The notes beneath the pieces are model-generated. The model was not told where the DNA came from. It made no database searches and saw only the letters and a list, made by a program, of their open reading frames with translations. DNA of 64,000 bases, taken from positions 124,001-188,000 of IMG/VR virus record IMGVR_UViG_3300008448_000001. One strand, written 5' to 3'. The translations under genes and the position numbers were made by a program. Position 1 is the stretch's first letter. Each line of letters begins with the position of its first letter. This document shows, piece after piece, positions 21,144 through 29,920 of this stretch.

Positions 21144-22067
21144 ATGCCAAAGAAAGTCAGTGGTAAGTCGGAAGTCGTCAGAATTTTAACGAAATCCGAC
21201 ATGGCGACGTCAAAAACGCGCCAAAACAAGCAAGCTATCACGTTTGCCACCGATTACTTGGTTTTTTTCGGCTATTTGACCGTCGAACTGCTGAAAAGCG
21301 TGAGTATGGACGATATTCACGCTGGAATTAAGGTTTTTCAACGATATTTTGGCATAAAAGCAGACGGAATGCTCACCGAGGAGACACTTCGCGCCATGCA
21401 GGTTCCTCGCTGCGGTTGCCCGGACAAGTTGGACAAATCCAACGGAAAGCACGTAGAATTCTTGCGTGCTGCCGAAGTTGCAGCTGAAAGACGTGATCGA
21501 TGGAACAAAACAGGTTTGACTTACTTTGTTGCAGACTACGTCGGAGGCAAAATACCTAAATCCGAGCAACGCCGCATTTTCCAGGAAGCCTTCAAGGCTT
21601 GGGACGACGTGTGCGGTTTGGACATTTCCGAAAGTAAGGACGTCGAAACCACGGACATCGTCATCACCACAGGGAAAGGCCTTCAACATCAGTTTGATGG
21701 AAAAGGTGGGACGCTCGCTTGGGCTTACATGCCAAGAGGCGACAACGAAAAGCTACTGATGCGTTTCGACTTGGAAGAAACCTGGGTGGCAAACAAAGGC
21801 GAGCGGGGTATACTGTTATCTAACGTTGCATGCCACGAGTTCGGCCATCTGCTTGGGCTACTCCATTCGGATAGGAACCAGGCCTTGATGGCACCGTACT
21901 ACAACCCGTTCGTCGGAACACCACAATCGGTCGATGACATCTCTCGAATACAGAAGCTTTACGGGCCCAACCAAAACCCAGAGAAGCTCAAGTCGAACAT
22001 TGTTCAAACCAAAAATACCATCGAGGTAAAGTTACAACCGGGTCAGAAGTTAATCGTTACCAATTGA
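21144..22067 (+). CDS. Matrixin (M10A matrix metalloprotease) with PGBD-like prodomain
   Basis: FQRYFGIKADG prodomain, PRCGCPD cysteine switch, FDGKGGTLAWA, HEFGHLLGLLH zinc motif, ALMAPYY Met-turn. Confidence 0.93.
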   Translation: MPKKVSGKSEVVRILTKSDMATSKTRQNKQAITFATDYLVFFGYLTVELLKSVSMDDIHAGIKVFQRYFGIKADGMLTEETLRAMQVPRCGCPDKLDKSNGKHVEFLRAAEVAAERRDRWNKTGLTYFVADYVGGKIPKSEQRRIFQEAFKAWDDVCGLDISESKDVETTDIVITTGKGLQHQFDGKGGTLAWAYMPRGDNEKLLMRFDLEETWVANKGERGILLSNVACHEFGHLLGLLHSDRNQALMAPYYNPFVGTPQSVDDISRIQKLYGPNQNPEKLKSNIVQTKNTIEVKLQPGQKLIVTN

Positions 22068-22077
22068 AAGGAAGTTT

Positions 22078-22419
22078 ATGCTTGCTGAACTTACGCTGGA
22101 TTTAGAGACGCTGGTCAACGCTGTAAAGGCTGCCGCAGCTGTCGGTCTTTTGGGTGCCGCAGCTTTTTTCAGTTACCGGCATTTCGCCCCGAGACGCAAA
22201 GTGAATGCGAACGCGTTCCGTGAAGAATACAAACGAAAGGACTCCGGTCGCAGCAGCGATGCGCCGCCTCCGGTAGGTTTTGCGGAACACTTGCAGATCA
22301 TAGAAAACACGGCTCCAAACGCGGGACCGGAAGTTTGGTGGAGCTACGCAAAGGGCGAGCTCACCGAGGCAGAAGTCGCGATAGCCGAGGCCAAGCTGGC
22401 CACGCACAACAAACAATAA
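22078..22419 (+). CDS. Membrane protein, one N-terminal TM
   Basis: Hydrophobic AAAAVGLLGAAAFF followed by basic residues. Confidence 0.65.
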   Translation: MLAELTLDLETLVNAVKAAAAVGLLGAAAFFSYRHFAPRRKVNANAFREEYKRKDSGRSSDAPPPVGFAEHLQIIENTAPNAGPEVWWSYAKGELTEAEVAIAEAKLATHNKQ

Positions 22420-22430
22420 GGGCAATCTTG

Positions 22431-22817
22431 ATGAATACTGCACGGATCGCAGGCGAAGAAAATACACCCAGCTTCCCGTGGGCCATTTTGGTTTGCGGTT
22501 TGCTGGGTGTTTTGTTATTGGTTCCGACCAGCTGGTTTTCGCCAAACCGAAAAACGCTAAATGCGGATTTAGCGAATGAAGCTTTTGAAACCTACGAAAG
22601 TCTTTGGCGAATCCACCAAGGAAAAGCTGCCGACAGGTTAAGCACAGGCGAACTGCAAACTGAACAAGAAGTCTGGGAGTTTCAAGCCGCCGGGCAAGAA
22701 CCTGCTCGCAAGCTTGCTTTCGAAAAACTGGCCCGAGCCGAGGCCGACTACTTCAAAAACAAAGGCGGCTGGTCCAAAGAGTCGCACGAGTCCCTGTTAC
22801 GGAGCTATGCAAAATAA
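22431..22817 (+). CDS. Membrane-anchored protein
   Basis: N-terminal TM (WAILVCGLLGVLLLV) then helical domain; TAATG coupling to peptidase. Confidence 0.65.
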   Translation: MNTARIAGEENTPSFPWAILVCGLLGVLLLVPTSWFSPNRKTLNADLANEAFETYESLWRIHQGKAADRLSTGELQTEQEVWEFQAAGQEPARKLAFEKLARAEADYFKNKGGWSKESHESLLRSYAK

Positions 22818-23773
22818 TGATTTTTACGAGTTACAATTTCGAGCGAGAAGATCGCAAGTACTTGAAGTCGCTGCCTGTTTTACCGATGCAAAGTAGTGTG
22901 TGGCGGTCTTTCCGGCGGCCCTCCGAAGTGGCTATCGACTGGCACCGCGAGGAAAATCAGTTTCAGATCGGAAGTTGCCAAGGCAACTCGCTTTCCTCGG
23001 TACTAGAACGCTGCGCTTTCGTGGCCGGCAAGAAGGTGCAGCTCTCCAGAATCTTTGCGTACCTGGCAACACAGAAGATCGACGGGCTTCTCGGGTCTGA
23101 CAACGGGTCAACGGTTTCCGGCGGCGCGAAGCTGGCGATAGAGACCGGGTGTCCGCTGGAGAAGTTGACAGGGTACCCTCGGGCATACCCTGGCCGAGCC
23201 GAACGCAACGAGATTTTGAGTGAAGCTAATTACAAGGCGGGTGCTGAGTACAAGGCAAAATCTGCGTGGCAGGTTTCTCCCGATCACGACGAATTACTTG
23301 ACTTCATTGGTGGCGGGGGTGCCATCAACTTCGGTATTCGTTACGGGGGTTCGACAATACCCTCCGACCGAGTGATCCGTCGTTTCGTTCCAGGTCGCGG
23401 CGGTCACGCCATGTGCATCCTAGGCTACACCCGTGACGGCGACCTTCGTGCAATGAATTCGCACGGGGATGGGCAGTACTTGATCACGCCGAGCGCTTGG
23501 AAGGCCATGCTTGCTGACAGTTGGACTACTGCGATCGGCCTTATGGGATCCAAAGAGCCTGTGCCTGTAGATTGGTACAGTAATTCGCCATACTTCAAGA
23601 TAACGGAAAAGTCCGCCGAAGTCGAAGCGGAAGAAGAGCGAGAGCATCTGGCGGAAGAAGAGCGAGAGCATCTGCTCGAGTTACTCCACATGCATGAGGC
23701 GGACAGTCACGAAGAACCGACGAATGAGGCAGATGACTACGAGGAGTTTGACGATGAAGAAATTGGTAGCTAG
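22817..23773 (+). CDS. Papain-like cysteine peptidase (C1 family)
   Basis: NQFQIGSC (oxyanion Gln and catalytic Cys), GHAMCILGY (His), MNSHG (Asn); acidic tail. Confidence 0.85.
   Translation: MIFTSYNFEREDRKYLKSLPVLPMQSSVWRSFRRPSEVAIDWHREENQFQIGSCQGNSLSSVLERCAFVAGKKVQLSRIFAYLATQKIDGLLGSDNGSTVSGGAKLAIETGCPLEKLTGYPRAYPGRAERNEILSEANYKAGAEYKAKSAWQVSPDHDELLDFIGGGGAINFGIRYGGSTIPSDRVIRRFVPGRGGHAMCILGYTRDGDLRAMNSHGDGQYLITPSAWKAMLADSWTTAIGLMGSKEPVPVDWYSNSPYFKITEKSAEVEAEEEREHLAEEEREHLLELLHMHEADSHEEPTNEADDYEEFDDEEIGS
23627..23674 (+). repeat. 24 bp exact tandem duplication (AEEEREHL x2)
   Basis: GCGGAAGAAGAGCGAGAGCATCTG twice. Confidence 0.9.
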
Positions 23774-24359
23774 TTTTTTTACCGCCGCTTTACTGTTCTT
23801 GCTAGGGTGCTCACCTTCACCGCAACCGTTGAAAGACGATCTCGTTGAACGCTTCAACGCTGCGGTCACGGAATCCATCCAACAGTCCCACAGCGAGACA
23901 ATGTCGGAGTTGCAAAGTTACCGTTCGACACTGGAACGTATCGAACAAGCCGTCAACGATCTTCAAGCGAAGGCGAAAGAGCCGCAAGCGAATACAGTGC
24001 TTGCAAAGCCTGTGCAAGCGGCTAACGTACGCGTTGACGCTCCGACATTTTCAAACGGGAGCGTAACACGCATGCCGGGCTCAAACTGGAACGTAGAAGG
24101 TGACTGGAACTACACACTCGTTGAGCTTGCGGATCACCTTCGGCAAGTTCACGGTTTGAACGTAGACGGAAAAACCATGACCGAACTGCAAGCCATGCAC
24201 GATAATTTGCATAACGGCTACTCGGCTTATGGCTCGCAGATTCGATCCGTGAACGCTGCCCCTGTGACTCAATACTACGCAACAAACCGAGCCCCGACAG
24301 TTTTTCGCAGAAATCGTACCTACAGCACATGCCCGCAAGGGCAACCGTGTCCCCAATAA
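23754..24359 (+). CDS. Lipoprotein with coiled coil and His-rich domain
   Basis: GAGGAG RBS; MKKLVASFFTAALLFLLG-C lipobox; HLRQVHG...MHDNLHNG; ends CPQGQPCPQ. Confidence 0.8.
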   Translation: MKKLVASFFTAALLFLLGCSPSPQPLKDDLVERFNAAVTESIQQSHSETMSELQSYRSTLERIEQAVNDLQAKAKEPQANTVLAKPVQAANVRVDAPTFSNGSVTRMPGSNWNVEGDWNYTLVELADHLRQVHGLNVDGKTMTELQAMHDNLHNGYSAYGSQIRSVNAAPVTQYYATNRAPTVFRRNRTYSTCPQGQPCPQ

Positions 24360-24646
24360 TGTTAAACTACCCGGTCGGCATACCCGAGAAGTTGCATTCC
24401 ACCCTGTCGCAATTGTTGCAAACAGGGTGCGTAGATTTCAACGGCGGTACGGCGGACTTTTCCAACTTGCAGGAAGTAACTTTGCAGGCAGGTGTCCTTC
24501 GCTTCAATCCTCCCGTGAAGGTGCGAGTGAAAGTCGGCCCGATAATGGTAAAGACGACGATATCTGGTGTAAAAAACGTCGGCGGCGGCCTTAAGGTCGA
24601 AATCGATAACTCGCCCATCGACGTGCTTTTGAAAGCAGAGGATTAG
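24359..24646 (+). CDS. Small hypothetical protein
   Basis: TAATG coupling; beta-rich. Confidence 0.6.
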   Translation: MLNYPVGIPEKLHSTLSQLLQTGCVDFNGGTADFSNLQEVTLQAGVLRFNPPVKVRVKVGPIMVKTTISGVKNVGGGLKVEIDNSPIDVLLKAED

Positions 24647-24647
24647 T

Positions 24648-25001
24648 ATGGATTGGGAAAAGACGGCGACGGCATTCTGCGCTTCGCGCAACCTGGACGA
24701 TTTAACCTACATGCAAGCCGTAGGCAAAAATCGTAGCCGGGAAATATTTCGCATTGAAAAGGAGCGGGCAGACGTTCGCAGGGCAATGGACGCGGTCAAA
24801 CAAGCTTGGGAGGAAAACCCAAACGCTAATCGCGCTCAACTTGAAAAGAAGGCCTACAAGTTCATCACGGGCGGCGTCATTCTAACGCTATTACTGCAAG
24901 TTCTGCTGTCGGCTACAATGAAGCTTGCTATCGATTACTTTCTAGACAAGCTATTCCAAGAAAAAGCCGATGCCGCAACTTTACAAGTATCCTCAGAATG
25001 A
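24648..25001 (+). CDS. Membrane protein (possible holin-like)
   Basis: GAGGA RBS; one hydrophobic segment GGVILTLLLQVLLSA; holin role is a guess. Confidence 0.55.
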   Translation: MDWEKTATAFCASRNLDDLTYMQAVGKNRSREIFRIEKERADVRRAMDAVKQAWEENPNANRAQLEKKAYKFITGGVILTLLLQVLLSATMKLAIDYFLDKLFQEKADAATLQVSSE

Positions 25002-26529
25002 CTTCGATAGACCTGACTCGCTGCTGAGCGTACTGGGTAGCTTTTGGGCTTCGCTTTACCAGGGTAACGGCCTGGTTTCGGATATCAGTAACGTTGTCGG
25101 GCAGCTATACCAGCAAGTCAACACGCAGTTCCTTGAGCTAGTAAACAGCGTTTCACGAAAAAACGTGCCTGTCTATCATCAAGACGACTGGTACGCAGTG
25201 CAGGTAAGACGTTCAGCTCTTAACACCGACATAAGTTTGCTTGCGCGTTATCTCACGGGAACAGCCTACAAGTACAAAAGCCAAGCTGAACTTTTCTACG
25301 GACAAATACCGACTTCTCGTTATTACGCGATCAGTAAGCCTCGCGAGCTTGTAGAGTGCTCCGTCGTATTTGAACAGGTCACGCAGCCTACGGTGCAGAT
25401 GCTTAACGGCATCGACTTCTGGCTGGAAGAAAACACAGTTGTTTTTGTCGCTAACCCGTTCGACAACCCGGACATTCCGAAGAAGGAAATATTGAACGCG
25501 GTTGGGGAGATCGTTGACACTGAAATTACCTTGTGGTTTTATCGATCTAAGTGGGACTGGAATTACATTTACGACCAGTTCGGTTACGCTCTGAATTTGC
25601 CTATGCGATCCAGCGCAGGCTACAAGACGCTGGTGAACGCTGTACTCGAAAGCTTTAACGAGGGGACCAGCGCTCGTTCGCAGCAACAAGCTTTGGCCGC
25701 TGTCTTTGGCATACCTCTAGTGATCGATGCAACGGAAGTTGTCGAAGCCATTGCCACCGACGCAACAGGTTTGAAAGTGATAACGAACTCAAACGTGTAT
25801 GCATATCCTTCCACGGCAACGCCTGTCGTTTCCGTCGGGCAGACGGTTTACGCAGGCCAGTCGCTCACTGACACGTTCGAAATCATTGAGCTTAACCGGG
25901 GATTCGACGTTAATTGCGGCGTCGACAGTTTAACGATGGACACCGGTATGCTGACGAAGGGGTATCACGACGGCCTCGTTTTTTCGAACGCAAACGTCCC
26001 GGTACAAACAGAACTTGATGTCGACGGCTATACCAAGGTCACCTGGGATTTGGGCGGCTTTCCGCGAGACGTTTCGAAGTTTTGGGAGGATGTCCACGCA
26101 AACGGCATAGCTAAGAACGAAACATTAGCGATGCTGCTAGACGTGCGGGAGAACCCTGTCGGCCAGCCGACGGCTGACTCTTTGCCTGCGGAGATCAACC
26201 CGTTGAAGTTTCTGGTAGACAACCTGCTCCGGTTCAACGTTTTCATCGTGAAAGTTAAACCTGGAAGCAAACTGCAGAATAGGCTAGAATTTGTGCCTGT
26301 GTCGCAGCTTCGAAAGGTGATGCCACCGCACACGTTGATGATCTTGCTGGTGGACTTAGCGTATGCCGACAACCCTATCATCATGGAAGGTTACGGTACG
26401 CCGGAGTCGCCAGGGTACACTGAAAGCTTTGAAAACTTCCAGTGTTTAACCGTTTCCGAGTCGCTTGGATACGAAGCATACGTAACTGAAGAGTCAAAAA
26501 TAAAATCAATCAGTGGAAGGTGCGTTTAA
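24970..26529 (+). CDS. Baseplate wedge / structural protein
   Basis: C-terminal LRKVMPPHT resembles the PAH motif of gpI-type wedge proteins; synteny. Confidence 0.55.
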   Translation: MPQLYKYPQNDFDRPDSLLSVLGSFWASLYQGNGLVSDISNVVGQLYQQVNTQFLELVNSVSRKNVPVYHQDDWYAVQVRRSALNTDISLLARYLTGTAYKYKSQAELFYGQIPTSRYYAISKPRELVECSVVFEQVTQPTVQMLNGIDFWLEENTVVFVANPFDNPDIPKKEILNAVGEIVDTEITLWFYRSKWDWNYIYDQFGYALNLPMRSSAGYKTLVNAVLESFNEGTSARSQQQALAAVFGIPLVIDATEVVEAIATDATGLKVITNSNVYAYPSTATPVVSVGQTVYAGQSLTDTFEIIELNRGFDVNCGVDSLTMDTGMLTKGYHDGLVFSNANVPVQTELDVDGYTKVTWDLGGFPRDVSKFWEDVHANGIAKNETLAMLLDVRENPVGQPTADSLPAEINPLKFLVDNLLRFNVFIVKVKPGSKLQNRLEFVPVSQLRKVMPPHTLMILLVDLAYADNPIIMEGYGTPESPGYTESFENFQCLTVSESLGYEAYVTEESKIKSISGRCV

Positions 26530-27122
26530 TGACTGCCAAGTTTTGTACGGGCGTGGCTGGACGAGTTCGAGCTTACAAGGTTGAAGATTTAACGCTGCCT
26601 CCGTTTAAGTGGGCTCCGACAACGGACTTTAAGCCTAACTTGATTCTTTACCAGTGGGCAACTATCGCAGCAAAGCTGTTGACGAGCGGAGATAGCCGGT
26701 ACCGGATTAGCGGCATGTACTTGGAGTTTGAAAACACGGACAATCCTGGCGACCCGGTAAGTCCGCCTACCTTCGATCGCACGCGAGATGTCAGCTACTA
26801 CAACGGTCTCTCGCTTAGCTCGAACCGCGACTATCTGCGTATTCCGGTCATCTCGGCGGAGCTCAGCTCGGACGGCGAAGGTCTTACGGATAACCGGATG
26901 TCCTATTTCGCAAGAAGCAGCGGCTCGGTCGGCGTGCACGGGAAACCTTTTTCTGCCGCAGCGAACTCGGTCGTGTTCGGTGGTAGCCTTGTGGCACTTG
27001 TTGACGCCACGGATTTTACGCAAGACTTGCTTTATAGCAGCTGGTATTACACCACGGCGGATCAGCAACAAAAATTGCCTTCCAGCCAGATCGGAATTGA
27101 ATGGCAAACCACTTTGAGCTAG
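26529..27122 (+). CDS. Baseplate / tail-fibre attachment protein
   Basis: N-terminal PNLI and C-terminal KLPSSQIGIEWQ pattern of collar-type proteins; synteny. Confidence 0.5.
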   Translation: MTAKFCTGVAGRVRAYKVEDLTLPPFKWAPTTDFKPNLILYQWATIAAKLLTSGDSRYRISGMYLEFENTDNPGDPVSPPTFDRTRDVSYYNGLSLSSNRDYLRIPVISAELSSDGEGLTDNRMSYFARSSGSVGVHGKPFSAAANSVVFGGSLVALVDATDFTQDLLYSSWYYTTADQQQKLPSSQIGIEWQTTLS

Positions 27123-27132
27123 GGAGCAGCAA

Positions 27133-28950
27133 ATGGGATTAAATCGTTTCATTCAGTACATAAAAGAGAACGAGCCCGTCGCACCGGGAACTGCCAACCG
27201 GCCCATGAGCCAGCTGGACCAAAATCTCAAGTACATGATAGGCCTGCTCGAGGCCGCCAACATCGGATCAACCGTTTACGCTAGATCGCAAACCGTTGTT
27301 TCCACGATCCAAGTCGGACAGCCTGTGTTCTTTAACCCTGCAACGTCAAGGTTCGAGCCCGCTTTCGCTACAAGCGAGTCCGATTCCGCCACAGGGTACC
27401 TTGTCGTACCGAACCAATCCCAAGTGTGGGGCGTGGTCGCAGAGAAGCTTAACTCGACGCTGGCCGACATCTTGCTTTTCGGCTACGCGAAAATCGACAT
27501 AACGGCTGCGGTCGGAACTGACTTGGACAACGACGGGAATGTCCCGCCTGGATTATGGTATCTTTCTGGCGTTAGCGCCGGGAAGCTAACCCGGCAGTCG
27601 CCGCCTTTGTCGATACCGGTCTGCAAGACAGATAACGCCGGTAACGTGTACGTTAATCCTTCTTTCGTCGATTTTCTGGAAAACCACAGGCATTACGTCT
27701 TCGACTTGACCGCGATGCCTGCCGGGCAGGTTACGCCTCCCGACGCTGGCGATCCGCACGTGATCACTTCTGCAGACGCGGACTTGCCCGGGTGGTTACC
27801 GGCTGACGATGTCGTGTTTGAAGGGAAAGCACCGACCGGAGCCAAGTTCGGCTATAACTTGGCCGCCGATGCGTCGCTGCAGAGCGTGTTCCCGCCTGTT
27901 CCCCTGCAGTCTGCTTCGGTAATCATGCAGCGACCCAGCATCTACGACACGCTTGCGGAGCGTAAGTGGTACGGGCAGCAGCTGCTCTCAGATCTTGTTG
28001 TCGTTAACCGCGACGGTATCTGGTGGATGAGCGATTGTTATGACGAAGTTCCATGGGCAACGGATCTCGACACTACTGTCTCGATGAGCAGTGTTTACAC
28101 CGAGTGCGACCCTGCCTCCAAGCCTATAAGCATCAAACTTTATTTTACTCGAGTAGGCTTTGCCACTGACAACAGCTCGGTAACAAGTCTGCGATCGCTG
28201 GATCCTAGGCTGAAAGTTCTTTGCGCAGGCAAAACAGACGTTGCTTTCTCCGGCGATCTCGACATCGACTTGGACTTGTCGCTGATGAACGGCCCTGCGA
28301 ACGTGGCCGGTTACTCGGTATTGAAAACGTTTGACCCTGTCACCAACGAGTTCAGCAGCGGAAAAGTTGTTGAAGGCGTGTATGCCACGTCTGCGAACGT
28401 CTTGCTCAGTGGCGACACTAGCTTTATCGCTGGCGGCAACACGTATTACCAGGGGAAGATTGGGGTTGGGGTGCTCAGCCAGCCTTCTCGCGAGTTGTCG
28501 AGTCAGCTGGTTCGGTTGGAGGGCGTTACGGAAGAAAGTTATCCGGTTTTGTATCTCGGGATGCCGAACGATACGGCGACAAGCTACGTCGTCAAGTTCG
28601 AGGTACCCGGAGACGCACCGGCTAACTCTCAGTTCCGTTTTCGGCCTCGGATACTGGGCAAGGCAGCGGGCACACTGCCGCAGCTTGCGGTCAGCTACTT
28701 TAAGACAGGCAGACCCGTGGACGGCTTAAACATACCGATCACGGTGAGCCAATCTTATGTCGCGCTAACCATTGTTACCGTGGCCACGGTAACGGCAAAC
28801 CAAGCCGTTGAAGCACTAAGCAGCGCCGTCGAGGTGGATCCGGGAGACATCGTGTACCTTCGCGTGACACGCAACCCGGGCGACCCGAGCGACAACTACA
28901 CTGGCGAAGTCGGCATCATGCAGCAGATCGGAGTCTTAACGTCTTCCTAA
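27133..28950 (+). CDS. Virion structural protein (tail fibre base-like)
   Basis: EPVAPGTANRPMSQL N-terminal motif typical of fibre proteins; 605 aa. Confidence 0.55.
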   Translation: MGLNRFIQYIKENEPVAPGTANRPMSQLDQNLKYMIGLLEAANIGSTVYARSQTVVSTIQVGQPVFFNPATSRFEPAFATSESDSATGYLVVPNQSQVWGVVAEKLNSTLADILLFGYAKIDITAAVGTDLDNDGNVPPGLWYLSGVSAGKLTRQSPPLSIPVCKTDNAGNVYVNPSFVDFLENHRHYVFDLTAMPAGQVTPPDAGDPHVITSADADLPGWLPADDVVFEGKAPTGAKFGYNLAADASLQSVFPPVPLQSASVIMQRPSIYDTLAERKWYGQQLLSDLVVVNRDGIWWMSDCYDEVPWATDLDTTVSMSSVYTECDPASKPISIKLYFTRVGFATDNSSVTSLRSLDPRLKVLCAGKTDVAFSGDLDIDLDLSLMNGPANVAGYSVLKTFDPVTNEFSSGKVVEGVYATSANVLLSGDTSFIAGGNTYYQGKIGVGVLSQPSRELSSQLVRLEGVTEESYPVLYLGMPNDTATSYVVKFEVPGDAPANSQFRFRPRILGKAAGTLPQLAVSYFKTGRPVDGLNIPITVSQSYVALTIVTVATVTANQAVEALSSAVEVDPGDIVYLRVTRNPGDPSDNYTGEVGIMQQIGVLTSS

Positions 28951-28962
28951 GAGGTTTACAGG

Positions 28963-29919
28963 ATGCCTATAGCCAATTGGAACTTGGAGTTCCTGAATCA
29001 CAATTCGCAAAGAAGCTATCCGTTAGTCGCCGAGGCGACTAAGACGGATACTAGCGGTGCGTTTATTCTACCCGACGATTTCTTGGTAGGGCTTGATCTA
29101 CCGGTCTCGCCTGCAATGGACATGTCCACCGGGACTTTCTTTATCCGGCAGGTAGGTTTGTTTGCATCCGGAGTTCAACTCATTCTTGCGTACGATTCTG
29201 GCGTCGGCATAGTCGACGTGGCTTCGACGCTGATCCCGGCTTATCAGTTCACTCGGAACAAGGTTTTCACGCTCGGTGGAATTGATCCGTTCGACGACGT
29301 GACGGGCAAGGTCGTGATCGGAAAGCTGGAATCCATTCAACTACAACCCACAGGTCTTTTCAATTTCGAGCTGGCAGCCACAAGGATAGAGCCACAAGCA
29401 ATCCGGCCCATGATACGCGGCATATCGGCGATCCGCGTCGCCAGCTCCAACGGTGTACTAGGCGATCGGTTGTACGGGGATATCGAGCTTGTCGCAGGTC
29501 GAAACATACAGTTGACAACTGTCAACACGCTCACTGACACCAAAGTCGTTATCAGTGCAATTAGCGGTGAAGGAACCATCTCGGATTGTACGTGCACGGG
29601 AGAAGCGTCCAGTGCCCCTTGTATCAAGACAATCAACGGAATAGCTCCTACGCCCGATGGCAATTTCAACCTGATCGGTGACGACTGTCTGACTTTTGAA
29701 GAAATCGCCAGCGGATTAAAACTTACGGACTCCTGCTGTGCACCGTGCTGCGGATGCGCGGAGCTTGAGTCGATAACACAGAACTTGGAGTTGTTCAACG
29801 CACAACGCGCCGCATTGGATCAATTCGTAAACAGGCTCGCTGCAGAAAACGCGGCCTTCTCGGCTACCGTGTTGGGTGCCCGGCTGGGCGACAAACGTTG
29901 CATCAATTGCGAGGAATAG
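28963..29919 (+). CDS. Cys-rich virion protein, paralog 1
   Basis: NSQRSYPL; IKTINGIAPTPDGNFNL; CCAPCCGC. Confidence 0.65.
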   Translation: MPIANWNLEFLNHNSQRSYPLVAEATKTDTSGAFILPDDFLVGLDLPVSPAMDMSTGTFFIRQVGLFASGVQLILAYDSGVGIVDVASTLIPAYQFTRNKVFTLGGIDPFDDVTGKVVIGKLESIQLQPTGLFNFELAATRIEPQAIRPMIRGISAIRVASSNGVLGDRLYGDIELVAGRNIQLTTVNTLTDTKVVISAISGEGTISDCTCTGEASSAPCIKTINGIAPTPDGNFNLIGDDCLTFEEIASGLKLTDSCCAPCCGCAELESITQNLELFNAQRAALDQFVNRLAAENAAFSATVLGARLGDKRCINCEE

Positions 29920-29920
29920 C

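Noticed and set aside
3440-26529. Extracellular contractile injection system or tailocin
   Set aside because: Terminase, neck genes, tRNA and phage accessory genes indicate a DNA-packaging phage
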